Source: Gemmatimonadales bacterium
GTDB lineage: Bacteria > Gemmatimonadota > Gemmatimonadetes > Gemmatimonadales > GWC2-71-9
DNA: 64,000 bases
Direction: 5' to 3'
Assembly: GCA_965249575.1 (NCBI GenBank)
Contig: OZ252244.1
Location: 3,488,001-3,552,000 of the forward strand
Shown piece after piece: positions 1 to 9,732 of the stretch; position 1 is the first letter of the stretch, and each line of letters starts with the position of its first letter. Under the pieces are notes generated by a model. That model had not been told where the DNA came from and searched no databases. It saw nothing but the letters and a program-made list of their open reading frames with translations. The position numbers and the translations under genes are program-made.

Positions 1-43
1 CAATCGTGTTCAGCGACCCGTCAAGAAACGGCCAGAAACGAGT

Positions 44-77
44 AGGAGTGGCGGGTGATGTCGCACCCGCCACTCCT
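44..77. terminator. GC-rich hairpin, probable terminator
   Basis: 14-bp perfect stem aggagtggcgggtg / cacccgccactcct with a 6-nt loop, just downstream of the minus-strand gene ending at 106. Confidence 0.55.
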
Positions 78-105
78 TTGCCGAGGGCCCGCAAGTCGTC
101 AGGCG

Positions 106-750
106 TCAGTTGGTTGCGAAACAGTAATAGAAGCCGTTACCCCCCGTGCCTTGCAGGTTCTCCTGACTGCAGCCGCGCGAGCCATGTGCGGAATTCCACG
201 ACGTGGCGTTCTCGCCGCCGCCGGTGCGATCGTGATGGCCTACGCGCGCGGTGCCCTCGCCGCTGCCGGTCCAGTTGTCACAGTTCGTGTAGCCCTCTCC
301 GGTATACGCGGTTCCGTCGAGCCGCGAGCCGGTCAGGATGTCGTGCATGTTCGGGCTGTCACCCCGGCCGTTGACCATGTTTCCCTTCTCGGTCAGGATT
401 GTCTGCTTGGTCAGGTTGGCGTTGTCGCTGTGCAGGTCGTCGGCGTTATCGGCGACCTTGACGCCCTTTTGATTGTACCAGGGCCCGGTCCCGATCCGGT
501 CCCGGGCATGAACGGCGGCCTTCCCGTCTGCGCTAATCGTGCTGAGATACGCGCGCCATTGACTGTCTCCGGCACCAACTGCGTCCGCCAGCATCTGGCA
601 ATGCTGATCCGCACCCTCCAGTCCGCCGAGGTCAGCTCCGTTGCCGGGGCCGGCGCTCGTGATGAAGAAGCTCATAGGATGATCCTGTGCGAGTACCGGC
701 TGGCCACCCAGCAACACCAAGCTAGCGACAACCGTCAAGACCCTAGTCAT
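106..750 (-). CDS. Secreted endostatin/NC10-like (C-type lectin fold) protein
   Basis: Signal peptide MTRVLTVVASLVLLGGQPVLA; SD aaggag upstream; motifs GADLGGLEGADQHC, WRAYLS, HARDRIGTGPW, HDILTGS, NCDNWT, FYYCFA. Confidence 0.8.
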   Translation of the reverse strand: MTRVLTVVASLVLLGGQPVLAQDHPMSFFITSAGPGNGADLGGLEGADQHCQMLADAVGAGDSQWRAYLSTISADGKAAVHARDRIGTGPWYNQKGVKVADNADDLHSDNANLTKQTILTEKGNMVNGRGDSPNMHDILTGSRLDGTAYTGEGYTNCDNWTGSGEGTARVGHHDRTGGGENATSWNSAHGSRGCSQENLQGTGGNGFYYCFATN

Positions 751-919
751 GTCAGGCTCCTTGTTGGCAAGCGTCACGGCGAGAGTCGGGAAGTTTCGCC
801 GAATCTCGTGGGCCCCGCCAGGGGTGGTCGGGCAGCGGCTCAAGCGCCACCACTTGCCATCCCGTTTCCAAATCGCCATCCGTTGAAAACGCCATAGCGC
901 AGCGAGGATCTCGCCACCC

Positions 920-1297
920 ATGAGCAACCGCAAATCCGTCGAGACCTATCTCAGCGCCCTTTATAGAGAGCACAAAGACTTCGAAGCAATCGAGGCGCTC
1001 CTGGCCGACGGGTTTACGTTTAACGGACCCATGGCGTCGTTCGATGGCCGGGCGGCGTTCATGGAATTCATTCGCAAGATCGGACCGCAGAAGAACCGCA
1101 TTGAGGTGCGGGAGATCGTGGCGGACGGTGATGCCGTGGCGGTGTTTCACGAATTCACCTCGGAGATGCCGGTAATCGGACCGCTCCCGTTCGCGGAGTG
1201 GTACTCGATGAAGGGCGGCAAGATCGCCTCACTCACGCTCTACTTCGATGCGCGCGAGTTCGCGCCCCTCCTAGAGGAACAGATGCCCCGTGATTGA
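920..1297 (+). CDS. SnoaL-like / NTF2-family protein
   Basis: 125 aa; DFEAIEALLADGFTFNGP...GGKIASLTLYFD pattern. Confidence 0.8.
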   Translation: MSNRKSVETYLSALYREHKDFEAIEALLADGFTFNGPMASFDGRAAFMEFIRKIGPQKNRIEVREIVADGDAVAVFHEFTSEMPVIGPLPFAEWYSMKGGKIASLTLYFDAREFAPLLEEQMPRD

Positions 1298-2681
1298 CCG
1301 GACTTCGGTGGCTCGTGCGGCCTGGCTGACCGCGGTGTGGGGCGTCTCGTTCGTTTTCTACTTCCGCTGGTGGGGAGTCACGCTTCGCGTCCCCGGCCTC
1401 GCGGTCTGGGCCGCGGCCTACACTGGCCTGTACGCGGGTACCGCGTTCTTGGCGCTCGGACGCGAACGGCTCGGTACGCTGAAGCAGGTCCGGCAGCCCG
1501 TGATCACCTGGGGCGGCATCGTGGTGATGGCCGTCATCATACAGGCAGCGCTGCCGCAGGTGAGCATCGCCGGACGACCGGTGCAGACCGCAGCGTTCGT
1601 CAATGTCATCGAGTTCGTGCTGCCATGCTGGATCGTCGTGCGCGCGATGCTGCTGGTCTGGCCGGGACTGGCAGCACGGATCGCGATTCTCACCATCGGT
1701 CCGGTGGCGGTGGGTGGCGTCTTATTCGCGTACATGATCCCGATGCCCGGATCCTCGTTCACCGGGACCGTTCCTCCACTCACCGCAGCCGAGCAGGAGG
1801 GTAGCGACCGGTTGCGGGGACATGTCGACGCGCTCGCGGGCGCCATCGGCGAGCGGCACGAGGGAGCGATCGAACGGCTGCGTGCGGCTGCCGGCTACGT
1901 AGAAGCAACGCTCGCGGCTTTGGGGTACGAGGTCTTCCATCATGCGTATGAGTACGGTGGCCGCACCTTCGAGAACCTGGAGGTGGTGCTCCGCGGGCGC
2001 GTGCATCCGGAGGAGATCGTCGTGGTCGGTGGCCATTACGACACGGTAGAGGGGACGCCCGGCGCCGACGACAACGCGAGCGGTACCGCGGCAGTCCTGG
2101 AGCTCGCCCGGCTCCTCCGAAACGACGAGCCGGAGCGGACGGTTCGATTCGTGGCATTCGTTAACGAGGAACCACCGTTCCTCAGCACCCGGTGGATGGG
2201 CAGCTGGCAGTACGCCGCCCGCGCCGCCGATCGCCAGGAACGGATCGTGGCGATGGTGTCCCTAGAGACGCTCGGCTTCTTCCAGCACGAAGCGGGCAGC
2301 CAGCGCTACCCGCCGCCGTTCAGCTTCTTTTATCCCGACGTGGGAAACTTCGTGGCCTTTGTGGGCAACCTTCCCTCGCGCTCACTCGTGCGTCGGAGCA
2401 TCGCGGTCTTCAGGCAGAACGCGCGATTTCCATCGGAGGGAATCGCCGCGCCGGAGCAGATCCCCGGTGTATGGTGGTCGGACCACGCGCCGTTCTGGGT
2501 GCATGGATTCCGAGCGATCATGATCACGGACACTGCCCCGTTCCGCAATCCGCATTATCACCAGTCGTCGGATACACCAGAGCGCCTGGACTACGTGGCG
2601 ATGGCTAGGGTCGTAGCGGGTGTTGCGGAGGTCGTCAGGGACCTAATCGGGACAGCCGCGGCGAATCGCGGCCGTCTCTGA
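1290..2681 (+). CDS. M28 family metallopeptidase with N-terminal membrane domain
   Basis: GGHYD, GADDNASG, NEEPP, SLE, SDH and HYH motifs; several N-terminal hydrophobic helices. Confidence 0.85.
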   Translation: MIDRTSVARAAWLTAVWGVSFVFYFRWWGVTLRVPGLAVWAAAYTGLYAGTAFLALGRERLGTLKQVRQPVITWGGIVVMAVIIQAALPQVSIAGRPVQTAAFVNVIEFVLPCWIVVRAMLLVWPGLAARIAILTIGPVAVGGVLFAYMIPMPGSSFTGTVPPLTAAEQEGSDRLRGHVDALAGAIGERHEGAIERLRAAAGYVEATLAALGYEVFHHAYEYGGRTFENLEVVLRGRVHPEEIVVVGGHYDTVEGTPGADDNASGTAAVLELARLLRNDEPERTVRFVAFVNEEPPFLSTRWMGSWQYAARAADRQERIVAMVSLETLGFFQHEAGSQRYPPPFSFFYPDVGNFVAFVGNLPSRSLVRRSIAVFRQNARFPSEGIAAPEQIPGVWWSDHAPFWVHGFRAIMITDTAPFRNPHYHQSSDTPERLDYVAMARVVAGVAEVVRDLIGTAAANRGRL

Positions 2682-2693
2682 ACGGCACCCGGC

Positions 2694-4910
2694 CTACGGC
2701 ATGGCCTGAGTGTCCCGGGGCTCCGGACCGAGGTACCGATCGAAATGCTGGACGAGCTTGCGGAGCAGGTACACGGCGTAGTGCTCCTGAGCAGTCCAGC
2801 CGTGCGTGGCTGCCGGTGCGAACGCAAAGTCGAAGTCCTTACCCAAGCGCATCAGCTCCTCCGCCAGCACGACCGATGTCTTGAAGGGCACGACGTCGTC
2901 CTGCATGCCGTGGATGATCAGCAGGTGATCCCGTAGATTGCCGGCGTACTGCATGGCGTTCCGAGTGAACGCCTCTGGATGGCTTTGCGGCCGGCGTGAG
3001 ATCGCGACGTCATCTGGTCCGAAGAAGCGCGGGTCAACGGCCGGCGCACCCGCTACGCCTGCGGCGAACAGCCCGGGCTTTTTCAGCAGTGAGAAGACCG
3101 TTAGCAGGCCGCCGTAGCTGCTGCCCCAGATGCCGATCCGATCCGGATCGACGTACGGCAGTGTCTTGAGGTACTCGACCGCGCTTTCGAGGTCCTCCAA
3201 GTCCTCCCCTCCCCAGTCCATGACGTATTCCTCGCGAAACTCGCGCCCGTATCCCGTGCTTCCCCGCAGGTCCAGCTGCACGACGATGTAGCCCCGCTCG
3301 AGCACCAGGAACTGCTGAAGCGTGCTGTAGATCCCGCGCCAGCGTTTGCGCGCGGTGTTGGAGTACACGGGCCCGAACACGACGGGGTGCTGCTTCGATC
3401 GGTCGATCCCTGGCGGTTCGAGGATTCGCGCGTGCAGCGTGTAGTCGTCGATCAGGCTCGGAAAGGTGACGTACTTGGGGGTCACCCACGCGTGCTGTCT
3501 GAACTCCGCCGGCGGTGAATTCGTGATGCGCCGCGGTGCGGTGCCACCGCGGGCATCGACGAGGTATAGCTCGGTTGGGGTAACGTCGTCGGTGTGAAGC
3601 AGCGCAATGGTGGAGCCGTCGGGAGAGACCAACGGCGTGTGCAGCCCGGGCCTCGTCGTGAGCTGCCTCGGCATGCCACCGTCATCGCCCATGCGAAACA
3701 CGTGACGCTCGTACGGGCTGGACTCGTTTGAGACGAAGAAGATGCTTCGCGTGGACCGCACGGAAATGGGCGGGCCCGTGACATCGTAGCCCGCGCCCGT
3801 CAATGCTTTGGGCACCGCGTCACCGGGTCTCAGCGCGTAGAGCCGATACCGATCGTCGAGATCGCCTACGAAGAGGATACGCTCTCCGTCGCCATGCCAC
3901 GACGATGAGATCGCGTTGTAGGCCCGTGTTGCGCGGTGATCGTGCCACACCTGCTGGAGGCTGCCTGCCTGGGGCTCGAACACGTGCATCCATCGGTCGA
4001 CGGCGGTGTCCGATTCCCGATCGATGAGCAGGAGTCCGGCTGGTGACCAGGCGAAACCGGCGATCCTGGTCGAGGTTGGGTCAGGGAGGTCCATGAGTTT
4101 GAGCAGACCGCTCGAGATCTCGTAGATCCCCAGAGTCCGGATCTCGTTGTCGTCGCCCGGATAGCCTCGCCGCACCTTGTTCGGGACGGTCTCGTCGCCT
4201 AGGTAATACGGGAACGGAACCGTCCGGACATTTCGCCGATCGACGTAGTGCACGGCGATGAATCGGCTGTCTGGCGACCAGGCGTAGGTCGGTGCGCCGC
4301 CGCCCCAGACGTCAGGGCCGATCTCGACGTCTGGCCTCGAGTAAATGCCTAGCGGCACGTCGCCAATGGGAGGCTCACCGACATCGGTCGCTTGGATGAG
4401 ATGACCGCCCTCCAATTCGAACAGCCACAAGTCGCCTTCCTGCCTGAACGATGCGAACCGCCCGTTGGGTGAGATGCTGAGCTCGGCCTTGGACACCTCC
4501 GTTGACGTGAGCCGCTCCGCGCCTCCGCCACCCACGGCGATTCGCCACAATTCCTGATTTGCTAGGTAATACAGCATGCGCCCGGTCGGCTCCCATGCGA
4601 ATTCAGCGACACTCCCGCCACCGGCGCCTGCGGACGCGGGCGTGAGGGGGCTGGGAGCGGTGCCATCCCGCTCGACGAGCCACACGCTCCGAGCCCGAAG
4701 GCCACGGTCATTCCACAGGAACGCGAGCCGCCGGCTGTCGGGCGACCACCCGAGACGTGCGGGGGCAGTACCGATGATCGATGGCTGGCGTGCGATCCGC
4801 TCGACCGTTAGCTGCGGTCCCTGCTTGGCCAGAGCTGGAGGTGCTGCGAGAAGACCGAGCACGAGTGCGTTGGCGGTAGCCGTGACGTTGTCGAACGTTG
4901 GCCGGATCAT
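2694..4910 (-). CDS. S9 family peptidase (DPP IV-like), secreted
   Basis: Signal peptide; WSPD propeller repeats; catalytic GSSYGG, DDVV, HGW. Confidence 0.9.
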   Translation of the reverse strand: MIRPTFDNVTATANALVLGLLAAPPALAKQGPQLTVERIARQPSIIGTAPARLGWSPDSRRLAFLWNDRGLRARSVWLVERDGTAPSPLTPASAGAGGGSVAEFAWEPTGRMLYYLANQELWRIAVGGGGAERLTSTEVSKAELSISPNGRFASFRQEGDLWLFELEGGHLIQATDVGEPPIGDVPLGIYSRPDVEIGPDVWGGGAPTYAWSPDSRFIAVHYVDRRNVRTVPFPYYLGDETVPNKVRRGYPGDDNEIRTLGIYEISSGLLKLMDLPDPTSTRIAGFAWSPAGLLLIDRESDTAVDRWMHVFEPQAGSLQQVWHDHRATRAYNAISSSWHGDGERILFVGDLDDRYRLYALRPGDAVPKALTGAGYDVTGPPISVRSTRSIFFVSNESSPYERHVFRMGDDGGMPRQLTTRPGLHTPLVSPDGSTIALLHTDDVTPTELYLVDARGGTAPRRITNSPPAEFRQHAWVTPKYVTFPSLIDDYTLHARILEPPGIDRSKQHPVVFGPVYSNTARKRWRGIYSTLQQFLVLERGYIVVQLDLRGSTGYGREFREEYVMDWGGEDLEDLESAVEYLKTLPYVDPDRIGIWGSSYGGLLTVFSLLKKPGLFAAGVAGAPAVDPRFFGPDDVAISRRPQSHPEAFTRNAMQYAGNLRDHLLIIHGMQDDVVPFKTSVVLAEELMRLGKDFDFAFAPAATHGWTAQEHYAVYLLRKLVQHFDRYLGPEPRDTQAMP

Positions 4911-5115
4911 TGTCTACCTCGTGATACAGGTGCCGGGGCGCCCGATCCCAGCGGTGGGTGCGCCGCCCGTGGATGCTACCAGCGAGCGATTGATCGCCGC
5001 AAGGCGAGCGACCCTTCGCGAGACGGTCCTGGCACGGAGCCGGCCGGTCGAGCCCGTTTTTTCGGTGCGGTGCTGCGGGTGGGCGAGACCGCCACCCGGA
5101 CCCAAATTGCTCTTG

Positions 5116-5150
5116 GGTGACCCACGTCACACCTCGTGATCCACATCACA
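5116..5150. promoter_or_regulatory. Two tandem CRP/FNR-like boxes (GTGA-N6-TCACA)
   Basis: ggtga-cccacg-tcaca (5116-5131) and cgtga-tccaca-tcaca (5135-5150) in a divergent intergenic region. Confidence 0.5.
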
Positions 5151-5164
5151 AACATTACTTCTTG

Positions 5165-5179
5165 CGGCACGTGGATTGC
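5165..5179 (+). promoter_or_regulatory. Putative sigma-54 -24/-12 promoter
   Basis: CGGCACG-TGGA-TTGC versus consensus TGGCACG-N4-TTGC; GG-N10-GC spacing is exact; lies upstream of the HD-GYP gene. Confidence 0.5.
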
Positions 5180-5203
5180 CCGGTAGTATAGCCCTCACTG
5201 GGC

Positions 5204-6841
5204 GTGGCCGAACGGTCACGGCAGGGAGGGCAGGGAACGCGTACAGGGCGGCTAATCATGGTGCGCACCAGCGACAGAAAGTGGCGTACTGCGGCACCCG
5301 CGCGGCACTTAGGACGGGGGGACGTAGGTATCACACAAGCGGCCTATCTCCAGCCGGCTAACAAGGGCAGGACTCTGCAATGGCGGCTGACCGTCGCCGA
5401 CCGGGTCTTGGCGGTGTTCGTGGTGTGCTCGCTCATCCCGCTGGGTACCGTGATTGCCCTGTGGATGACGGGCTCACCTGTGACTGATCCGGCGACCCCG
5501 TTTCCGTACCTTCTCGTCCTGTCGTTCCTATGTGCGGTTTCGATCTTCGACACACGGCTCCGAAACCGCGTGACCAGACTCGACCGGCTGCAGACCAATG
5601 CCCGGCTCGTCTCGGCGCGGCTCGATCCCACGCTGGGTGGTGTCTCGCGCAAAGGCGACGAGCTCGACGAGCTCACGACGTCGTTCGACGCGATCACCGG
5701 CCGCATGCAGGAGCAGCTCCGTACACTCGCCGCGATGAACGAGATCGACCGGGCGGTGCTATCCACGCTGGACTCGAAGGAAATCGTCGAGACGGTGTTG
5801 ACTCGCACCGGAGATATCGCGCCGTGCGACGCGGTGGTAGTGGCCTTGGCGCCCCGCCAGGGGCGGGACGAGTGGACCGTGCGCGCGAAGACCGTGGCTG
5901 GATCGCTTGAGGTGACGGCTTCCGTTGAGCCCGATGGATGGGAAATGGACGAACTGTGGAGTGGTGGCGATGGGCTCGTCGTGGACATGCGCACCGGCGC
6001 TCGGAGTTATCTGAATCTCGAATCGCTTGCGGTCGCTGACATCCGGCATTTCCGCGTCATCCCCTTCTTCCGGGAGGGTGCCATCACAGGGTTGATGGCG
6101 TTGGGCCATCGCGGCCGGCCGAGCTCGACTGGGCACGACCAGGACCAGATCCGTCGGCTCGCCGATCAGCTTACCGTCGCGCTCTCCAACGCACGGCTCA
6201 TGGAAGAAGTGAACGATCTGAACTGGGGGACCGTCACCGCGTTGGCTCGCACCATCGACGGGTGCTCGCCGTGGACCGCCGGCCACTCGGAGCGGGTGAC
6301 GCGTATGGGCCTCGCGATCGGACGGGAGCTCGGGCTGTCGGACAAGAAGCTGGACATACTCCACCGCGGCGGGCTCCTCCACGACATCGGCAAGATGGGG
6401 ATCGATCCGTCGGTGCTGAACAAACCCGCCCGGCTGGATCAGAACGAGCTGGAAATGATGCAGCAACACCCGCGGCTCGGAGCCAAGATCCTGGCTCCCA
6501 TCCCGCAGTACACCGACCTCGTTCCCATCGTGCTATATCACCACGAAAGGGTGGACGGGGGCGGCTATCCCGACGGGTTGGCCGGGAACAGCATCCCGTT
6601 CCTCGCGTGGATTCTCGCTGTGGCCGACGTGTTTGACGCGTTAAAAAGCGAGCGGCCGTATCGGCCGGCGCTGTCGGAACAGGTCGTCCTCCAGGAAATC
6701 ACGAAGATGTCTGGTACACACCTCGATCCCGCCCCCGTCGAGGCTTTTCGCGCCGTGCACTCTCGACTCCACTCCGGAAGAGCACCGGACATCGTCGATC
6801 TGTCGTTCGACGTCGAGGCGTTTTACGACTATATCGAATAA
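5204..6841 (+). CDS. Membrane HAMP-GAF-HD-GYP cyclic-dinucleotide phosphodiesterase (start uncertain)
   Basis: Two TM helices; HAMP-like DELDELTTSFD; GAF; GHSERV, LLHDIGK, HHERVDGGGYP, ADVFDAL, RPYR. Confidence 0.88.
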   Translation: MAERSRQGGQGTRTGRLIMVRTSDRKWRTAAPARHLGRGDVGITQAAYLQPANKGRTLQWRLTVADRVLAVFVVCSLIPLGTVIALWMTGSPVTDPATPFPYLLVLSFLCAVSIFDTRLRNRVTRLDRLQTNARLVSARLDPTLGGVSRKGDELDELTTSFDAITGRMQEQLRTLAAMNEIDRAVLSTLDSKEIVETVLTRTGDIAPCDAVVVALAPRQGRDEWTVRAKTVAGSLEVTASVEPDGWEMDELWSGGDGLVVDMRTGARSYLNLESLAVADIRHFRVIPFFREGAITGLMALGHRGRPSSTGHDQDQIRRLADQLTVALSNARLMEEVNDLNWGTVTALARTIDGCSPWTAGHSERVTRMGLAIGRELGLSDKKLDILHRGGLLHDIGKMGIDPSVLNKPARLDQNELEMMQQHPRLGAKILAPIPQYTDLVPIVLYHHERVDGGGYPDGLAGNSIPFLAWILAVADVFDALKSERPYRPALSEQVVLQEITKMSGTHLDPAPVEAFRAVHSRLHSGRAPDIVDLSFDVEAFYDYIE

Positions 6842-6977
6842 GAGTGGGCCAGAGGCCGGCTCGACGCGCTCCACATAACCCTCACCTCAAAAATCAGTCT
6901 CGCACACGGCCGCGGCTAGCGCCTCCCGGTCGGGATTCGACATCTTCTTCCCCAATACGATCCCAGGACGGACACTC

Positions 6978-8453
6978 ATGCGCTCGCGAGTCGAACGGTG
7001 CGAGCTGGCCCCCGGATTCAGCATTTCGCGCGTTCTCACCGGCTTATGGCAGATCGCCGACATGGAGCGCGGCGGAAGCGTGGACCTCGCCAAGGCCGCC
7101 GCCTCCATGCAACCCTATGTCGACGCTGGGCTTACCACGTTCGACATGGCCGATCACTACGGGTCGGCGGAGGAGATCGCCGGCCGGTTTCGGAGTGAGT
7201 GTGGGTCCGGGTCGGCCCAGCTGCTGACGAAGTGGGTGCCCAAGCCCGGTCCCATGACGCGGGACGACGTTCGGACCGCTGTGCGACGATCACTCGACCG
7301 AATGCGCTGCGATTGCCTCGACCTGCTCCAGTATCACGCTTGGGTATACGCGGACCCCGTGTGGTTGGACGGGTTGCTCTGGCTACAGGAATTGAAAGCC
7401 GAAGGCCTCATTCAGCACCTCGGCGTGACCAACGTCGACACGCCGCACCTCCGTATGATCTTGGAGAGTGGCATCGAGGTCGTATCGAACCAGGTGTGTT
7501 TCTCATTGCTCGACCGGCGAGCGCAGCAAGGCATGATCGACTTGTGCGCCGCCCGCGGAGTCAAGGTGCTTGCGTTCGGGACGGTCGCGGGCGGCTTCCT
7601 CACAGAGCAGTGGCTCGGGCAGCCCGAGCCGACCGCCTTGAACAACTGGTCGCTCATGAAGTACAAGAGGTTCATCGACACCGCGGGCGGGTGGGATGGC
7701 TTCCAGTCGCTCCTCCGCGCGCTCCAAAGCATTGCGCAACGCCTCGGCGTCTCGATGGCCAACGTCGCGTGTCGTTACGTGCTCGAGCAGCCGGGCGTGG
7801 GCGGGGTCGTAGTGGGAGCGCGCCTCGGGGAACGGGAGCACATCGACGATACGCTTCGCGTGTTCGAGTTCACCCTCGACCCGGACAGCCGTGTTGAGAT
7901 CGATCGGGTGGTGTCGACCTTCGATCCCATTCCCGGCGATTGCGGCGACGAATACCGGCGACCCCCATTTCTCACGGCGAGTGGAGACCTGAGCCATCAC
8001 GTCGACGGATTCCCTCCGCCGTATCCGGTAAGACACGGTGCCGACGGGCGTCACCGAGCACTTAGCGGCACCATGTGGGAGGACATCGGCGGGTACAGCC
8101 GTGCCGTACGCGATGGCAACCGCATATGGGTGTCCGGAACCACGGCGACGCATGGCGATCGATTGATTGGAGGGAAAGACCCGGCGTCCCAGGCCCATTT
8201 CGTCATCGACAAGATCGAGGGTGCGCTCCTTTCGCTTGGCGGAAAGTTGGAGGATGTCGTTCGGACCCGCGTCTACATTCAAAACCTCGCGGACTGGGAG
8301 CCGATAGCCCGGGTGCACGGACAGCGGTTCCGAGAGATTCTCCCGGCCAACACGCTGGTTCAGGCGGGTCTCGTGGGTGACCGGTACTTGGTCGAGATGG
8401 AGGTGGAGGCCGTCGTCGAGAGCGGGCCCCCCGGTCTCGGCAGCCACCGATAG
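6978..8453 (+). CDS. Aldo/keto reductase fused to a C-terminal RidA/YjgF-family domain
   Basis: TFDMADHYG, TKW, DLLQYH, LGVTN (AKR); GYSRAVRDGNRIWVSGTTA...DVVRTRVY...PANTLV...VEMEVEA (Rid). Confidence 0.88.
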   Translation: MRSRVERCELAPGFSISRVLTGLWQIADMERGGSVDLAKAAASMQPYVDAGLTTFDMADHYGSAEEIAGRFRSECGSGSAQLLTKWVPKPGPMTRDDVRTAVRRSLDRMRCDCLDLLQYHAWVYADPVWLDGLLWLQELKAEGLIQHLGVTNVDTPHLRMILESGIEVVSNQVCFSLLDRRAQQGMIDLCAARGVKVLAFGTVAGGFLTEQWLGQPEPTALNNWSLMKYKRFIDTAGGWDGFQSLLRALQSIAQRLGVSMANVACRYVLEQPGVGGVVVGARLGEREHIDDTLRVFEFTLDPDSRVEIDRVVSTFDPIPGDCGDEYRRPPFLTASGDLSHHVDGFPPPYPVRHGADGRHRALSGTMWEDIGGYSRAVRDGNRIWVSGTTATHGDRLIGGKDPASQAHFVIDKIEGALLSLGGKLEDVVRTRVYIQNLADWEPIARVHGQRFREILPANTLVQAGLVGDRYLVEMEVEAVVESGPPGLGSHR

Positions 8454-9674
8454 GTGTCTCCCCGCATACTCTCGTTGGCAGAGGCCCGCCGCATCGCACT
8501 GGCGGCTCAGGGGTTTTCGAAGCCGCGGCCCCGCGGGCGCGTAGACCTCCGCCACGTTCGCCGCACGATCCAGCGGCTCGGTCTCATCCAGATCGACTAT
8601 GTCAACGTCCTCACGCCCGCGCACTATCAGGTGCCGTTTTCCCGCCTGGGTGCCTACAGCAAACCGTTGTTGGACGACTTGGTGTATCGGAAGAGGGAGT
8701 TCACCGAGCACTGGGCACACGAGGCGTCTATCGTACCCGTCGAGATCTGGCCATTGCTCCGGTACAGGATGGAGCGGCATCGCGTTCGGCCCTGGGGCTT
8801 CGAGAAGTTTCTGGACAAGTATCCAGACTACGTGAGCTGGGTGCTGGAACAAATCCGCGAGCGGGGTCCGCTGGCAGCCGGTGACCTCCCGGAGTTGGAC
8901 ACCATTCCGCGTCGTATGTTGGACCGGTGGGGTTGGGGGATGGCGGTGAAGAAGTCGGTCCTCGAAGCACATTTCGGCTCCGGCCGGCTGGCGGCGGCAG
9001 GGCGACTGCCGAACCTCGCGCGAGTGTACGATCTCGCAGAGCGAGTGGTGCCACGCGACCACTGCCAACGCGAGGTTACTCCGGCGGACGCTCAGCGGGC
9101 CCTACTCCACCGGGCCGCCGGCGCCATAGGAGTCGGCACGGTTCCGGACCTTGCGGACTACTACCGGATGCCGGTTCGAGAAGCTCGGCCTCGCGTTCTC
9201 GAGCTGGTGGAGGCGCGAAAGCTCACCGAGGTTCGAGTTGAGGGCTGGCGCGAGGAGGCCTATCTGTATCCGGCAGCCCGACAGCCGGCCCGCATCGAGT
9301 TCGCGGCCCTGCTATCTCCGTTCGATCCACTGGTTTGGTACCGCCCCCGAGTCAAGCGGCTCTTCGGATTCGATTACCGCATCGAGATCTTCGTCCCGAA
9401 GGAGAAGCGCAAATGGGGATACTATGTGCTGCCGTTCCTACTGAACGAGCGGCTCGCCGCACGCGTCGATCTCAAGGCGGACCGAATCCAACGTCGACTC
9501 CGGGTACTCGCGGCACACCGTGAGCAGGATGTGAGGCCCTCCGAAGTGGCGGATGCGCTTGCAGCCGAGCTGCGGGAGATGGCCACGTGGCTCGACCTGG
9601 ACTCGGTCTCTGTAGGACGACCCGGCAACTTGGCCCGTGCGCTTGCTCGTGCGGTGGGGTCGTCTGTCCGATGA
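8454..9674 (+). CDS. ycaQ: YcaQ-like winged-helix (HTH_42) DNA crosslink-repair glycosylase
   Basis: ARRIALAAQGF, QID motif, EHWAHEAS, LLSPFDPL, FDYRIEIFVP..KRKWGYYVLP, RVDLKADR. Confidence 0.85.
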   Translation: MSPRILSLAEARRIALAAQGFSKPRPRGRVDLRHVRRTIQRLGLIQIDYVNVLTPAHYQVPFSRLGAYSKPLLDDLVYRKREFTEHWAHEASIVPVEIWPLLRYRMERHRVRPWGFEKFLDKYPDYVSWVLEQIRERGPLAAGDLPELDTIPRRMLDRWGWGMAVKKSVLEAHFGSGRLAAAGRLPNLARVYDLAERVVPRDHCQREVTPADAQRALLHRAAGAIGVGTVPDLADYYRMPVREARPRVLELVEARKLTEVRVEGWREEAYLYPAARQPARIEFAALLSPFDPLVWYRPRVKRLFGFDYRIEIFVPKEKRKWGYYVLPFLLNERLAARVDLKADRIQRRLRVLAAHREQDVRPSEVADALAAELREMATWLDLDSVSVGRPGNLARALARAVGSSVR

Positions 9675-9686
9675 TTGCCGACCGGG

Positions 9687-9712
9687 CCGGGGCCCACGCC
9701 GTCGGGCCCCGG
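9687..9712. terminator. Hairpin between convergent genes
   Basis: ccggggccc-N8-gggccccgg. Confidence 0.4.
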
Positions 9713-9732
9713 GGGTGCAAGAGAGAAAAGGC

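Noticed and set aside
8451..8456. Stop-codon readthrough (TAG-GTG in frame) producing an AKR-Rid-YcaQ fusion; likewise TGA-ATG at 58521-58526
   Set aside because: Each downstream gene has a normal N-terminus, abutting genes are common, and there is no pyl/sel machinery or recoding signal in view
7503..9068. Long alternative-frame or antisense ORFs (e.g. 7503-9068, 55-897, 24572-25585, 59615-60775, 61816-63261)
   Set aside because: Shadows of real genes in high-GC DNA, with no recognisable motifs
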